Shown: positions 42,128-51,481 of the stretch, in pieces
Numbering within the stretch: the first letter of the stretch is position 1
Layout of the letters: every line of letters begins with the position of its first letter
The notes under the pieces: model-generated
What the model was told of the DNA's origin: nothing
Databases searched by the model: none
The model's input: only the letters and a program-made list of their open reading frames with translations
Translations under genes and position numbers: made by a program
Source of the DNA: an uncultured Acidobacteriota bacterium
GTDB taxonomy: Bacteria; Acidobacteriota; Blastocatellia; RBC074
DNA length: 64,000 nt
Direction: 5' to 3'
Assembly (NCBI GenBank): GCA_963796275.1
Contig: CAWCKY010000006.1
Span: 1,280,001 to 1,344,000 of the forward strand

Positions 42128-44536
42128 TTGCACCGTATGGGTGTACCAGGAATGCGAGATAAAACGGTTACCATCGCGAGTATTATTTCGCCGGCGATGC
42201 GGGAACTGATGCGGCGGGTTGAAGCTGCTGCACATTTCCTGTTGCTGTTACGCCCCGGAACTACCAAACTAGATTTTATCGCCGCAGGCGACCCTCAGGA
42301 TTTAGAACTGCCTCTGCTTGACCGATATCAGACGGCCATGGATCAAGCGTTCGAGGCAAAATTCAAAAAGATATTGAGACAAAAGAAGAGCAGCCTCTCT
42401 GATCTGAGCAACCCGCGCGTCCTCTTCGATCTCTGCAGTGAAATAGTGGCGGCATCTCAGAAGAGCCTGGGGGATGGTGAAATAAATGATGAATACCTCT
42501 CCGCTGTTGCCGGTCGCTGGTTGGAAGAGAACCCGCTCTTGCTGGGAGATGTCCCCAAGCTGACGGCCAGGGCTTCCGATCGATGGCGCGCTCAGCCCGC
42601 CGGGCGCGCTCAGTTGAGGTTCCAGGATGCTCTGGATTGGTGCGCGGGCTATGGTTCTTCGCTGGATGCCGCGCGATCTGACAATTACGATAGATATAAA
42701 GAATACACGGAGTTGATGAGCGAGACGGTGCTCAAAGTACCTCACTCTGCCAGCCGCCCAAACCTCGTCACAACGGATAACCTCAAAGTGATCCTGGCTG
42801 AGCACCTGCTCGCGTATAAAACCTACACCAGGTCTTTCGCGAAGGATTCGGGGCTCACCTTCTTTTTCCAGCCGCTCAAGGGGCTCGGGCAATATCGCGC
42901 CGCGATAGATTGGGTAACCGTCGAAAATTCCGGCGGTATTCCCAGCCATCAGACCGAGTCGCGGCTCAATAAAGAAGCATCGCCATTACAGCAGCGGGCG
43001 CTGGAGCTGCTGTTCACCCAATCTTTATTGCGATATTTCGTCAACTCGCTTCAGCAAGCTTTGAGCAGCTGGGAGGCGGGTAACGAAGAATCTTCAGACA
43101 ACCTCAGACGCGTATTCGCCGACCTGTGGTGGGCCAACGAAGTACGTTTCTTCAAAGACGGCCAATTCAGAAATCTTTTAGTGCGTTCGGAGAGTGAGCG
43201 CGATGTTACCTGGTCCACCTCGTCAGACGATCGTGATAGCGGCAATCGCGGCAATCGGGGCAAATGGGGCAATCGTAACAGCGACCGGCTTCGACGACTG
43301 AACTGGGAATTCTACAAAGGTAACTACCGCGACTTCCTGGCGACATCCGGCGGAAAGCATCCCGATTTGACTAACATCAGGCTGAACCTGAGCGCCCTGG
43401 TTGACCCCAGGAAAACCGATAACGTTCTTCAACAATTATTGAAAGCTGCATCTATCAGCCAACGGGACCTGGCAGGCGCCGTCGCCGATTTACCTTTCGA
43501 CGAGGTGATCTTCGCCTGTTATTTCGTTCATCCCGCCGCCGAAGATTTCTCGGTTTGGGTCGACCAATTGGCCACTTCTATTCTCTGGAACCTGATCGAA
43601 CAGATTAAACATCGGCGAAAGGTAGTTGAAAGCAGAGCCGAGGCATTGGAAGGTGCCGCTCACTGGATCAACAGCCTGATGCGAGTTTCCGGCAGGGATG
43701 ATGCCGTCAAACAACTCGATCGGGCGATCGGCACGTTGGAGAACGATGAAAATCCGGGCGCGGAATTGCATGCGAGGCTGATAAAGGTCAGGCGGTTACT
43801 CATCCTCCAGGTGTTACCGGAAAGCGGTGCCGGCGTATTTCGCCTGATCGGCACGCTGCGCAGCGAAAATTATGACAAACTGCGCAACTGGTTCACGAAG
43901 ACATCGAAAGAACAATGGGAAAGACCTGAAGCATTCGATCAATACCTGCGATCTATCACTCACCTGGCGCGCGCGATCGGTAGCGCTCTCGGGCGCCCTC
44001 ACCTCATCGTCGAAGCAAACGGGAAGCAAACCTGTTATAAAGACGATTGCGTACTTGATACCTACGAACTGCAGTTCCCACCACTGTCGAAAGCGGAAAC
44101 TGATATGGAGGCTGTCCTGGCTCTTCTCCCCGCATTGACGGAGCCGCTGACCAACGCCATCCTCTATTTGGAAAAGATTGAGCAAAGAACAAAATTCCAC
44201 CAGGGCGAATCGTCAAAGCCGAGACCGATTAAACTTCAGATAGAAGACGCTCGCCCATCACACATCCTCGTAAAAATCGGCAATCCATACTTCGGAACAA
44301 ACGAAGCACCCTCTCTGCCAGGGGTTTCGATCACCCGCCGACTGATGTCCTTCACCAAACTGGCTGACATCGATGACAAAGTTGAGATCAATGAAGATCA
44401 CGATGGACGCTACTTGTGGGTGTCTGTGCGTTTGCACCCGCAGATGCTCGCCGAACTGATTGGCCATATCAAACCGAAGGAAATGCTCAATTCATATGAT
44501 AAAACCGAGAAAGCTAAGACTGCTGATAGTAGATGA
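42128..44536 (+). CDS. Large soluble hypothetical protein with a degenerate histidine-kinase-like C-terminus
   Basis: 2.4-kb ORF without TM segments. H-box-like AAHWINSL (His codon 43661), N-box EPLTNAILY (Asn codon 44153), degenerate G boxes (VKIGNPYFG, LPGVSITRRLM) and terminal strand WVSVRLHP. Confidence 0.7.
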   Translation: MHRMGVPGMRDKTVTIASIISPAMRELMRRVEAAAHFLLLLRPGTTKLDFIAAGDPQDLELPLLDRYQTAMDQAFEAKFKKILRQKKSSLSDLSNPRVLFDLCSEIVAASQKSLGDGEINDEYLSAVAGRWLEENPLLLGDVPKLTARASDRWRAQPAGRAQLRFQDALDWCAGYGSSLDAARSDNYDRYKEYTELMSETVLKVPHSASRPNLVTTDNLKVILAEHLLAYKTYTRSFAKDSGLTFFFQPLKGLGQYRAAIDWVTVENSGGIPSHQTESRLNKEASPLQQRALELLFTQSLLRYFVNSLQQALSSWEAGNEESSDNLRRVFADLWWANEVRFFKDGQFRNLLVRSESERDVTWSTSSDDRDSGNRGNRGKWGNRNSDRLRRLNWEFYKGNYRDFLATSGGKHPDLTNIRLNLSALVDPRKTDNVLQQLLKAASISQRDLAGAVADLPFDEVIFACYFVHPAAEDFSVWVDQLATSILWNLIEQIKHRRKVVESRAEALEGAAHWINSLMRVSGRDDAVKQLDRAIGTLENDENPGAELHARLIKVRRLLILQVLPESGAGVFRLIGTLRSENYDKLRNWFTKTSKEQWERPEAFDQYLRSITHLARAIGSALGRPHLIVEANGKQTCYKDDCVLDTYELQFPPLSKAETDMEAVLALLPALTEPLTNAILYLEKIEQRTKFHQGESSKPRPIKLQIEDARPSHILVKIGNPYFGTNEAPSLPGVSITRRLMSFTKLADIDDKVEINEDHDGRYLWVSVRLHPQMLAELIGHIKPKEMLNSYDKTEKAKTADSR

Positions 44537-46454
44537 CGAGCTCAGGCCGTCATTATCCGGTTACATGATTCCTGAATTGCTCGACCTCTGGTATCCGGGG
44601 AAAGGCATACCAGGAATATCCTCATGGCAAACGGCGATACAATTTTGGAACTCGTTTCAAGGAGGTGTAATACCTGATCTGGTGGTAGCTGACGTACGTT
44701 TTGTTAATGATGACACATCGCCCCTCTCCCGGCTTTTCCAATACCCGGAAGTTAATAACATTCCGACCGGCCTCTCACATTTGAAGACGTTCGCGGTATT
44801 GGCCCGGGCGCTGCGTCTACCCCTCGGGGTAGGTATCCGGACAATGGATCCTTCGCTCTGGAGAAAGCAGATTGAATCATCGAGGTATGAGCATAAAGCG
44901 ATGGGCTTGCTCGCGGCACACGAGGCGGGCGAATTGGCTTCGATTCTTGGGGACGATTTGCAATTGGGGAGCTTCGAGGACTGCCAACATATCGACTCCT
45001 GTTTGGAATGGTTGAGGAACAGGTCCGGTACGGTGTTCGAGCTCGGGCTGAAGATGGCTCTGCGCGATTACCGCCGGCGTCTCTACCTTCTGCTTACATC
45101 GCCGGGCGATGCCAATGTATTCGTGAGGCCGAGCCATTACGCCGAATTGATGGGCTGGTGTCATAGAATGGAGGCTGACCCGCAGCCGCTCGATGCCAAG
45201 CATGACTTCGGACTAGAATTGTCCTATCACAATGGAAAACGCGACGTTATCTCATTGGCCTCGCTATTCTCTGATTATGATCGGATCGCAAGCAGAGCAT
45301 TGGAGCCTTCATCGTTTGCCGTCGATGGCGCTGCCGGCGCGGCAGACGCGGAGGCGGCCAATGCCAGCGTGATGGAACCATGGAAGTTGGATGACAACGG
45401 GCTGCCCAGAATCGGCGCATTCCTCAAACCGCTGGGTTCATTGAACGCAGCGCTCAATGACGCGGCGGAGGCGCTCAGAGAATATCAGATAAGCTATCCG
45501 CTGCCTGAATCATATAAGCCACCTACATTAGCGGCGATTAAAAAGCGCAGCAAGTATTCGAGCTTGACCGCGGCCCTGACGGTCTTGCTCCAATTCGTTC
45601 GAATTGCGCAAAAGAAGGTGGAAGAATGGGAGGATCGCTTCGGAGTTTATGCCTGGGAGCCGGAGAAGCTTCAGTTTATTTCCGACCCGCCATCGCCGGA
45701 CCACAGTCTGCTGCGCGTGTTACAGGACCTGACCACTTTGATCGGTGCGACTGTCGAGGCAGATGATGAGTTTACAATTGACGATATTTTCGAAGGCCAA
45801 TACGTTGATGCCTACGAAAATAATGAACCGCGCTGGATCAAAGAGATCGCGGTGACTCTCAACGGTGATGGACGGCCTGAGATTATGAGCGGGAACTGGA
45901 TCAGAATCCGCACGGATCGGAGCGAACAAAATAATGATTGGGTGAAGTGGCATTTCGAGAGGCTGATTGATGCCCGGGTGTTGGAGCGCCGGAGGGTCGG
46001 CTACGAAGACTATTATGTGCTTCGGGAAGATTGGCGTCAGAATCAACTCCGATCTGCACCGCCGCCGGCTCCTCCGGGATTTCCCAAAGTAATTACCGCG
46101 ATGCAGCGGTTGCAGCCTCCCTGCCGCTGCAAGAAAAATAGCGAGGAGAAGACTGCATTACCGGAGTATCCGACGTCTATACAGTGGCTGAAGGTGAGTT
46201 TGGGGTACAACTGTTATAGCGACTATAACTCGGTCGAGCGAGAGCTGGGCGCGGCATTCGGTTTTATCGCCGCGCCGGATGAAACTGGTAGTGAATTGGA
46301 GAAATCCGCTTTGAAGGCCAAGGCCGGGAGAGTTATTCTAAACGAACTCGAAAAGGGCGAGTTACCGTTCTTCCTCGCGGAAATATGCCGGGAGTACGCA
46401 ACCCAATATCTGAAATGGCCCAGGGAGAAATGGCCCAGGTGGCTGATTGAATGA
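44496..46454 (+). CDS. Hypothetical protein with an atypical N-terminal receiver domain and a probable winged-helix region
   Basis: KLRLLIVDDE and PDLVVADVRF (Asp codon 44691); later FTIDDIF...WVKWHFERLIDARVLERRRVGYEDYYVL; overlaps the upstream gene by 41 nt. Confidence 0.7.
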   Translation: MIKPRKLRLLIVDDELRPSLSGYMIPELLDLWYPGKGIPGISSWQTAIQFWNSFQGGVIPDLVVADVRFVNDDTSPLSRLFQYPEVNNIPTGLSHLKTFAVLARALRLPLGVGIRTMDPSLWRKQIESSRYEHKAMGLLAAHEAGELASILGDDLQLGSFEDCQHIDSCLEWLRNRSGTVFELGLKMALRDYRRRLYLLLTSPGDANVFVRPSHYAELMGWCHRMEADPQPLDAKHDFGLELSYHNGKRDVISLASLFSDYDRIASRALEPSSFAVDGAAGAADAEAANASVMEPWKLDDNGLPRIGAFLKPLGSLNAALNDAAEALREYQISYPLPESYKPPTLAAIKKRSKYSSLTAALTVLLQFVRIAQKKVEEWEDRFGVYAWEPEKLQFISDPPSPDHSLLRVLQDLTTLIGATVEADDEFTIDDIFEGQYVDAYENNEPRWIKEIAVTLNGDGRPEIMSGNWIRIRTDRSEQNNDWVKWHFERLIDARVLERRRVGYEDYYVLREDWRQNQLRSAPPPAPPGFPKVITAMQRLQPPCRCKKNSEEKTALPEYPTSIQWLKVSLGYNCYSDYNSVERELGAAFGFIAAPDETGSELEKSALKAKAGRVILNELEKGELPFFLAEICREYATQYLKWPREKWPRWLIE

Positions 46455-46504
46455 AGTTCGGCCGGGAGCCCGGACTCCAGACGATTAACTCCAGAGTTTC
46501 TTAT

Positions 46505-47848
46505 ATGAAAAACAAACCATACTTGTTCATTTTACTGATCGCGGCTGCCGCCGGGCTCGTATCGGCTCAAAGCAGCCAGGAACCGAAGAAAACCTCGGTC
46601 AGCGCATTCGTCGACGTCAATGTTATCCCGATGGATCGCGAGCGCGTCGTCGAGAACCAGACGGTAATCGTGCGCGACGGGCGAATTGTTGAGATCGGGC
46701 CTTCCAATAAGATCAAAGTACCCGATGGAGCGGCGCGGATCGACGGTAACGGCAAATACCTGATGCCCGGGCTCGCCGAGATGCACGGCCACATCCCGCC
46801 GCCTCAAGCTCCGAAGGAATACACGGAAGCGGTGCTATTTCTTTACGTCGCTAATGGCGTTACCACCGTCAGAGGGATGTTGGGCGCGCCGAACCAGTTG
46901 GAGCTGCGAGGCAGGGCCGATCGCGGCGAGATAATTTCCCCGACGCTCTATCTAGCCGGCCCGAGCTTCAACGGCAACTCGGTCAATTCGCCGGAACAGG
47001 CAGTCTCGATGGTGCGGCAACAGAAGCAGGAAGGATGGGATTTGCTCAAGGTTCATCCGGGTCTCACCAGAGATGAATACGACGCGATGGCAAAAACGGC
47101 CAAGGAGGTAAACATTCGGTTTGCCGGCCACATCCCGGCCGATGTCGGTCTCATTCATGCGCTTGAAATGGGTCAGGAAACGATAGATCACGTCGACGGT
47201 TATATCGAGTATCTCGATGGCGATAAGGCGCCGGTCGATGAAGCCAAGCTCGGCGATGTCGTGCGGCGCAGCAAGGCCGCGGGCGTCTGGATCGTTCCGA
47301 CCATGGTGTTATGGGAGACTCTGATAGGTTATACATATCCGGAATTGCTGTCGGCGATGCCCGAGCTGAAATACGCCCCTCCGCAACAGGTCGAGCAATG
47401 GAAAAAAATTCACCGCGACCGCCTCAATCAGCCGAATTTCGATCGCAAGACGGCGGAGTTGATCGCGGCAAACCGCATGCGAATATTGAAGGCGCTGCAC
47501 GATGGCGGCGTCAAAATTCTGCTCGGCACCGATGCGCCGCAACAGTTCAGCGTCCCGGGCTTCTCGATCCATCGGGAGATGGCATTCATGGTGAAATGCG
47601 GATTCACCCCATCCCAGGTGATTCATTCGGGCACGAAGAATGTCGGCGAATATTTCAAGGGCAAAGACAACTTCGGAACCATCGATGTCGGAAAACGCGC
47701 CGATCTGATTCTGGTGGAGAGCAATCCGTTAAAGGATGTAACCGCGGTTGCCAGGCGCGCCGGCGTGATGGTGCGGGGGAAGTGGCTGCCGGAGAGCGAA
47801 ATTCGCAGAAGACTGGACGAGATTGCGGCCTCGTGGCGACCGCAGTAA
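46505..47848 (+). CDS. Secreted amidohydrolase family protein
   Basis: Signal peptide; LMPGLAEMHGH, NGVTTVR, LLGTDAP and GKRADLILVESNPL; start ATG 46505. Confidence 0.9.
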   Translation: MKNKPYLFILLIAAAAGLVSAQSSQEPKKTSVSAFVDVNVIPMDRERVVENQTVIVRDGRIVEIGPSNKIKVPDGAARIDGNGKYLMPGLAEMHGHIPPPQAPKEYTEAVLFLYVANGVTTVRGMLGAPNQLELRGRADRGEIISPTLYLAGPSFNGNSVNSPEQAVSMVRQQKQEGWDLLKVHPGLTRDEYDAMAKTAKEVNIRFAGHIPADVGLIHALEMGQETIDHVDGYIEYLDGDKAPVDEAKLGDVVRRSKAAGVWIVPTMVLWETLIGYTYPELLSAMPELKYAPPQQVEQWKKIHRDRLNQPNFDRKTAELIAANRMRILKALHDGGVKILLGTDAPQQFSVPGFSIHREMAFMVKCGFTPSQVIHSGTKNVGEYFKGKDNFGTIDVGKRADLILVESNPLKDVTAVARRAGVMVRGKWLPESEIRRRLDEIAASWRPQ

Positions 47849-48047
47849 TACATCTCTAAATCAACATGCTTTAAATTCAGGAAAAATATTTAGACTGAAT
47901 AAAAAGCTCTCTGTGAATGGCGGACCTTTGGCGTGGGTTGCTTGCAAGCACCCGGTACTCCAAAGTGCTCCGCCATCTCTACATCACCGCGGTAGCTAAG
48001 TCTTTTCGTTTAACATCCCTCGGGACTTGCGAACTCGCTTATCCGGG

Positions 48048-48197
48048 AGCGCCAGAGGCGCGACATATTTATAGATTTTTTCGTAATAGTGCCCCAGCTC
48101 CGGAGGAGCGGCATATAAACGGCATCATATGCCGCTCGCTCCGGAGCTGGAGAGATTTACTAGCCATGTTCTATAAACGTACCGCTCCTCCGGAGCT
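48048..48197. repeat. Nested four-arm REP-like element (AGCTCCGGAGGAGCG family)
   Basis: AGCGCCAGAGGCGCGACATATTTATAG; CCAGCTCCGGAGGAGCGGCATAT; ATATGCCGCTCGCTCCGGAGCTGG; CTATAAACGTACCGCTCCTCCGGAGCT. A half copy lies near 52056. Confidence 0.8.
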
Positions 48198-48313
48198 AAG
48201 AACCGATAATCTCATTTTCTGAATTCGCCACAGAATCTGGAAGCGTGCATACCCGGTCAGGTCAATATTTCTACGGAATCACAAATGCCCCCCACAGAAT
48301 GTCCCTCCGCCTC

Positions 48314-48341
48314 TTGACAAGTAATTCGATAGAGGTACTTT
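48314..48341 (+). promoter_or_regulatory. Sigma70-type promoter of the cyclase-AKR operon
   Basis: TTGACA-N16-TACTTT, about 65 nt upstream of the ATG. Confidence 0.45.
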
Positions 48342-48404
48342 ACCAGATATCCTTACGCGCGTGAGCAGGATGTCTGACGTTCCCACAATTCTTCGGAGGA
48401 GAAA

Positions 48405-49454
48405 ATGAAACGCAAAATTCTATTGATCGCGGCTGTATTCGTCTCGGGTATGTTGGTCAGCTCGATTGTGATCGGGCAACAATCGCAGCTGAAAAAGTGG
48501 CAGAAGGGAAAAGGGTGGGGCTGGGTGTGGGGCAAAGATGATGAGGTCGGCGCTCTCAACGAGATGACCGATGCTTCGCGGCTATCGGCAATGCGGCTCG
48601 CCGACCGCGGTAAAACCTACGATCTAGGCGTGCTCTATGACCGCACCTCATTCAAATGGCCCGGACACAGCCCTGGCGAGATACTCTCATTTCGGACCCC
48701 CGAGGGGGTCAAGCGGCAGCAGGATTTGCCGCAGATTGTCAACAACAACACCAGCCGTACGGCCTGGCACAGCTCGGCGCTCTTCATCAACGATAACGTG
48801 GCTACGCAGATCGACGGCCTCGGGCACGCGACTGAGGGAGATGACGACCACTGGTATAACGGTTTCAAAGAGAAGGACTGGGGCGGCAACTGGGGGCCGC
48901 GCAAGGCCGATGCCTCGACCATTCCTCCTATCATCGCCCGCGGTGTGCTAATCGACATGGCCGGCGCGAAGGGAGTCGACGCATTGCCGAGCAACTACAT
49001 CATCACGGTTGAAGACCTGGAAGCCGCCCTGCGCAAACAGGAGACCCAGCTCAAACCCGGTGATGTCGTCCTGATCCGAACAGGCGCGTTGCGCTATTGG
49101 GGTGAGACTGGAAGCGATCACGCGCAGCTCGCAAAGCACGACTCCGCGGGAATCAATGTCGAGACGGCTAAGTGGCTTGTCGAACAGAATGGAGCTATGA
49201 TGATCGGCAGCGATACGAGCGGCCTGGAATACAATCCGAAAGACGAGGATGCTATGGCTTACCGCGGCAAATATCGTTCATTCATGCCGGTCCATAATTA
49301 CCTGCTGATCGAGCAGGGAATACATCTCGGCGAGTTCCATTACCTCGAAGACCTGGCACGCGAACAAGTCTACGAGTTCTGTTACATCGCCTGCACCAAC
49401 AAGATCAAGGGATCGACGGCGGGATTTACGCTGAGGCCCATAGCAGTTCGATAG
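48405..49454 (+). CDS. Secreted cyclase / kynurenine-formamidase-like metal-dependent hydrolase
   Basis: Signal peptide; WGKDDEVGALN, ATQIDGLGH, IARGVLID, GDVVLIRTG and IGSDT. Confidence 0.88.
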   Translation: MKRKILLIAAVFVSGMLVSSIVIGQQSQLKKWQKGKGWGWVWGKDDEVGALNEMTDASRLSAMRLADRGKTYDLGVLYDRTSFKWPGHSPGEILSFRTPEGVKRQQDLPQIVNNNTSRTAWHSSALFINDNVATQIDGLGHATEGDDDHWYNGFKEKDWGGNWGPRKADASTIPPIIARGVLIDMAGAKGVDALPSNYIITVEDLEAALRKQETQLKPGDVVLIRTGALRYWGETGSDHAQLAKHDSAGINVETAKWLVEQNGAMMIGSDTSGLEYNPKDEDAMAYRGKYRSFMPVHNYLLIEQGIHLGEFHYLEDLAREQVYEFCYIACTNKIKGSTAGFTLRPIAVR

Positions 49455-49479
49455 TTCGTCCAACCAAGGAGGATTAGAT

Positions 49480-50457
49480 ATGAAACGCAGGACTATGATT
49501 GGCGGCCTGGTAGGAGGGGCATTCGCCGGGTTGGGAGGCGAAGTTACTAATACCAAACCATCCGTTATCAAAGAGGGTGATATACCAATGCGCACGTTCG
49601 GCAAAACGGGTGTGAAACTTACCGTCATCGGCCAGGCCGGAGGCCGATTTCCGTTGACTACAGATGAAGAAGCGATCGCAGTGACCAGAAGAGCTGTGGA
49701 ACTCGGCATCAATTATTTCGACACGGCGCATAGTTATTGGAATGGCCATTCCGAGGAGATTTACGGAAAGGTTCTGCCGCAGTTTCGCAAGCAGGTTTTC
49801 ATTACCACGAAATCCACTATGCGCACGCGTGGGGAAGCTGAACGAGAGCTGGATCTTTCGCTCAAGCGCCTCGGGACAGACTATGTGGACCTGTGGCAGG
49901 TGCACGCGATCATGGACAAACAAGATGTAGATAAGGTTTTCGCGCCGGGCGGGGCGATCGAGGCATTCGAGGCGGCCAAGAAGGCGGGCAAGTGCCGCTT
50001 CATCGGCTTCACCGGGCACGCAGATCCTTACGCGCACCTGGAGATGCTGAAGAGGTACGATAAGTGGGATACGATCCTGATGCCGCTCCATATCGCCGAT
50101 CCGCTCTACCTGAGCTTTGAGAAACTGGTATTGCCTGTTGCCGTTGATAAAGGGCTGGGGATTCAGGGAATGAAGAATTTCGCGAATGCCAAGCTATTGC
50201 AGACGTTCAGCGTGAAGGAATGCCTGAATTATGTTTTGAGTTTACCGATCCACTGTACGGCAATCGGCTGCACAACTATCGGGCAGCTGGAAGACGATGT
50301 GAGGGTGGCGCAGAGCTTCAAGCAGTTTAGCGCGGACCAGATGGCTTCTTTACGCGCGCGGGCTGATAGGATCAAAGGACCAATGCTCGAGGATTGGAAG
50401 AAGAACGTCGAAACCAAGGTGAGCAGGGTGGATCGGCCGGAATACATTGGCGGATAG
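49480..50457 (+). CDS. Aldo/keto reductase with a twin-arginine-like N-terminus
   Basis: MKRRTMIGG; [23 protein letters not shown] and [16 protein letters not shown]. Confidence 0.9.
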   Translation: MKRRTMIGGLVGGAFAGLGGEVTNTKPSVIKEGDIPMRTFGKTGVKLTVIGQAGGRFPLTTDEEAIAVTRRAVELGINYFDTAHSYWNGHSEEIYGKVLPQFRKQVFITTKSTMRTRGEAERELDLSLKRLGTDYVDLWQVHAIMDKQDVDKVFAPGGAIEAFEAAKKAGKCRFIGFTGHADPYAHLEMLKRYDKWDTILMPLHIADPLYLSFEKLVLPVAVDKGLGIQGMKNFANAKLLQTFSVKECLNYVLSLPIHCTAIGCTTIGQLEDDVRVAQSFKQFSADQMASLRARADRIKGPMLEDWKKNVETKVSRVDRPEYIGG

Positions 50458-50489
50458 ACCGAAGTAATCCCAATTGCGAGGAACACTCT

Positions 50490-50978
50490 ATGACTAAATT
50501 TATCGATCGACGCAGTTTTCTTGGGCAGTCTGCACTTATCGCTGCTGAAATGAGTTTGATGAGTCTGGCCGGCGAGCAGTTGATTGCGGGTGAAATCGTC
50601 GAGAATCACGGCGGTCTCTCCTCGAACGGAGAATGGCTGGCAGCCGTCATCAAGAGAGTGAACCATCCGAGCTGCGGCACCCTGCCTGATTTCGGGAACT
50701 TCAACCTGGGCGACGGCAAGAAATACGACCCTTATAGAGGGGTTCGGGAACTGATGCCATTCGCCAAGGGTGTGAGCGCCAAGTCCGGCGAATTCGATGA
50801 GCAGGGGAATGAGAGCGGCATAGATTACCCTCGCATTATGAAGATCGTGCTCGATGCAGGCTATCGGGGATACGTCGGCATCGAATACAGCGGTAACAAA
50901 CTTAGTGAACCGGAGGGCATTCGCGCAACCAAAAAGCTTTTAGAGCGAGTCAGCGCCGAATTATCAGGAGCGAATTAA
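50490..50978 (+). pseudogene. Internally deleted Tat-exported sugar-phosphate isomerase/epimerase (C-terminal half only)
   Basis: The Tat signal IDRRSFL is followed within about 35 aa by IVENHGG...LPDFGNF...GVSAKS...GYVGIEY, motifs normally in the second half of a roughly 300-aa TIM barrel. The ORF is only 162 aa. Confidence 0.65.
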
Positions 50979-50990
50979 CAAAGACTGGAG

Positions 50991-51476
50991 GTGGGTATGT
51001 TCTGTCCGTCATGCGGCGTCGAATCCACGAACAAGACAAAATATTGCAAAAGTTGCGGAACGAACTTGAACTCGACCGGAACCACGGTTGAGGTTCATAT
51101 CCAACGACCGCCGGTTGCGGCGATGACATTTGCGATCACTGCTTTCGCCATCATTGGTTTTTTAGCTTCATTGATGACACTTCTCAAGTTGTCCGTAAGA
51201 GGCATTGACGAGAGGTTCCTGATACCTATTTTCTTCTTTTGCGTGATGTTTGTTTTCCTAGTTGCAGGGTTGCTTTCATGGCAACTGGGGCGCTTGATCA
51301 ACGCTTACCGTGATACCATAAAACATACAATCGAAAATGAAAGAGCCGAAACCTCAATTCCATCGCAGCCCGTGCTCCCGCAGCGGCGGCAGTCGTATGT
51401 GCCTCCCGTGCAGGAGCCTGTCTCCGGTGTGACCGAGCATACGACTCGAACGTTCAGTCCTTCACTTGAAGAGTAA
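50991..51476 (+). CDS. Zinc-ribbon domain membrane protein
   Basis: MFCPSCG...YCKSCG; two TM helices; C-terminal GVTEHTT. Confidence 0.8.
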   Translation: MGMFCPSCGVESTNKTKYCKSCGTNLNSTGTTVEVHIQRPPVAAMTFAITAFAIIGFLASLMTLLKLSVRGIDERFLIPIFFFCVMFVFLVAGLLSWQLGRLINAYRDTIKHTIENERAETSIPSQPVLPQRRQSYVPPVQEPVSGVTEHTTRTFSPSLEE

Positions 51477-51481
51477 CGGAT

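Noticed and set aside
39600-48200. Integrative element or prophage carrying the PLP/kinase/receiver unit
   Set aside because: No integrase, transposase, att-like direct repeats or phage genes were seen; only a compositional shift and flanking REP-like elements.
47917-48222. 101-aa ORF between the amidohydrolase and cyclase genes (likewise 32259-32570)
   Set aside because: Both run through palindromic repeat elements and lack coding features.
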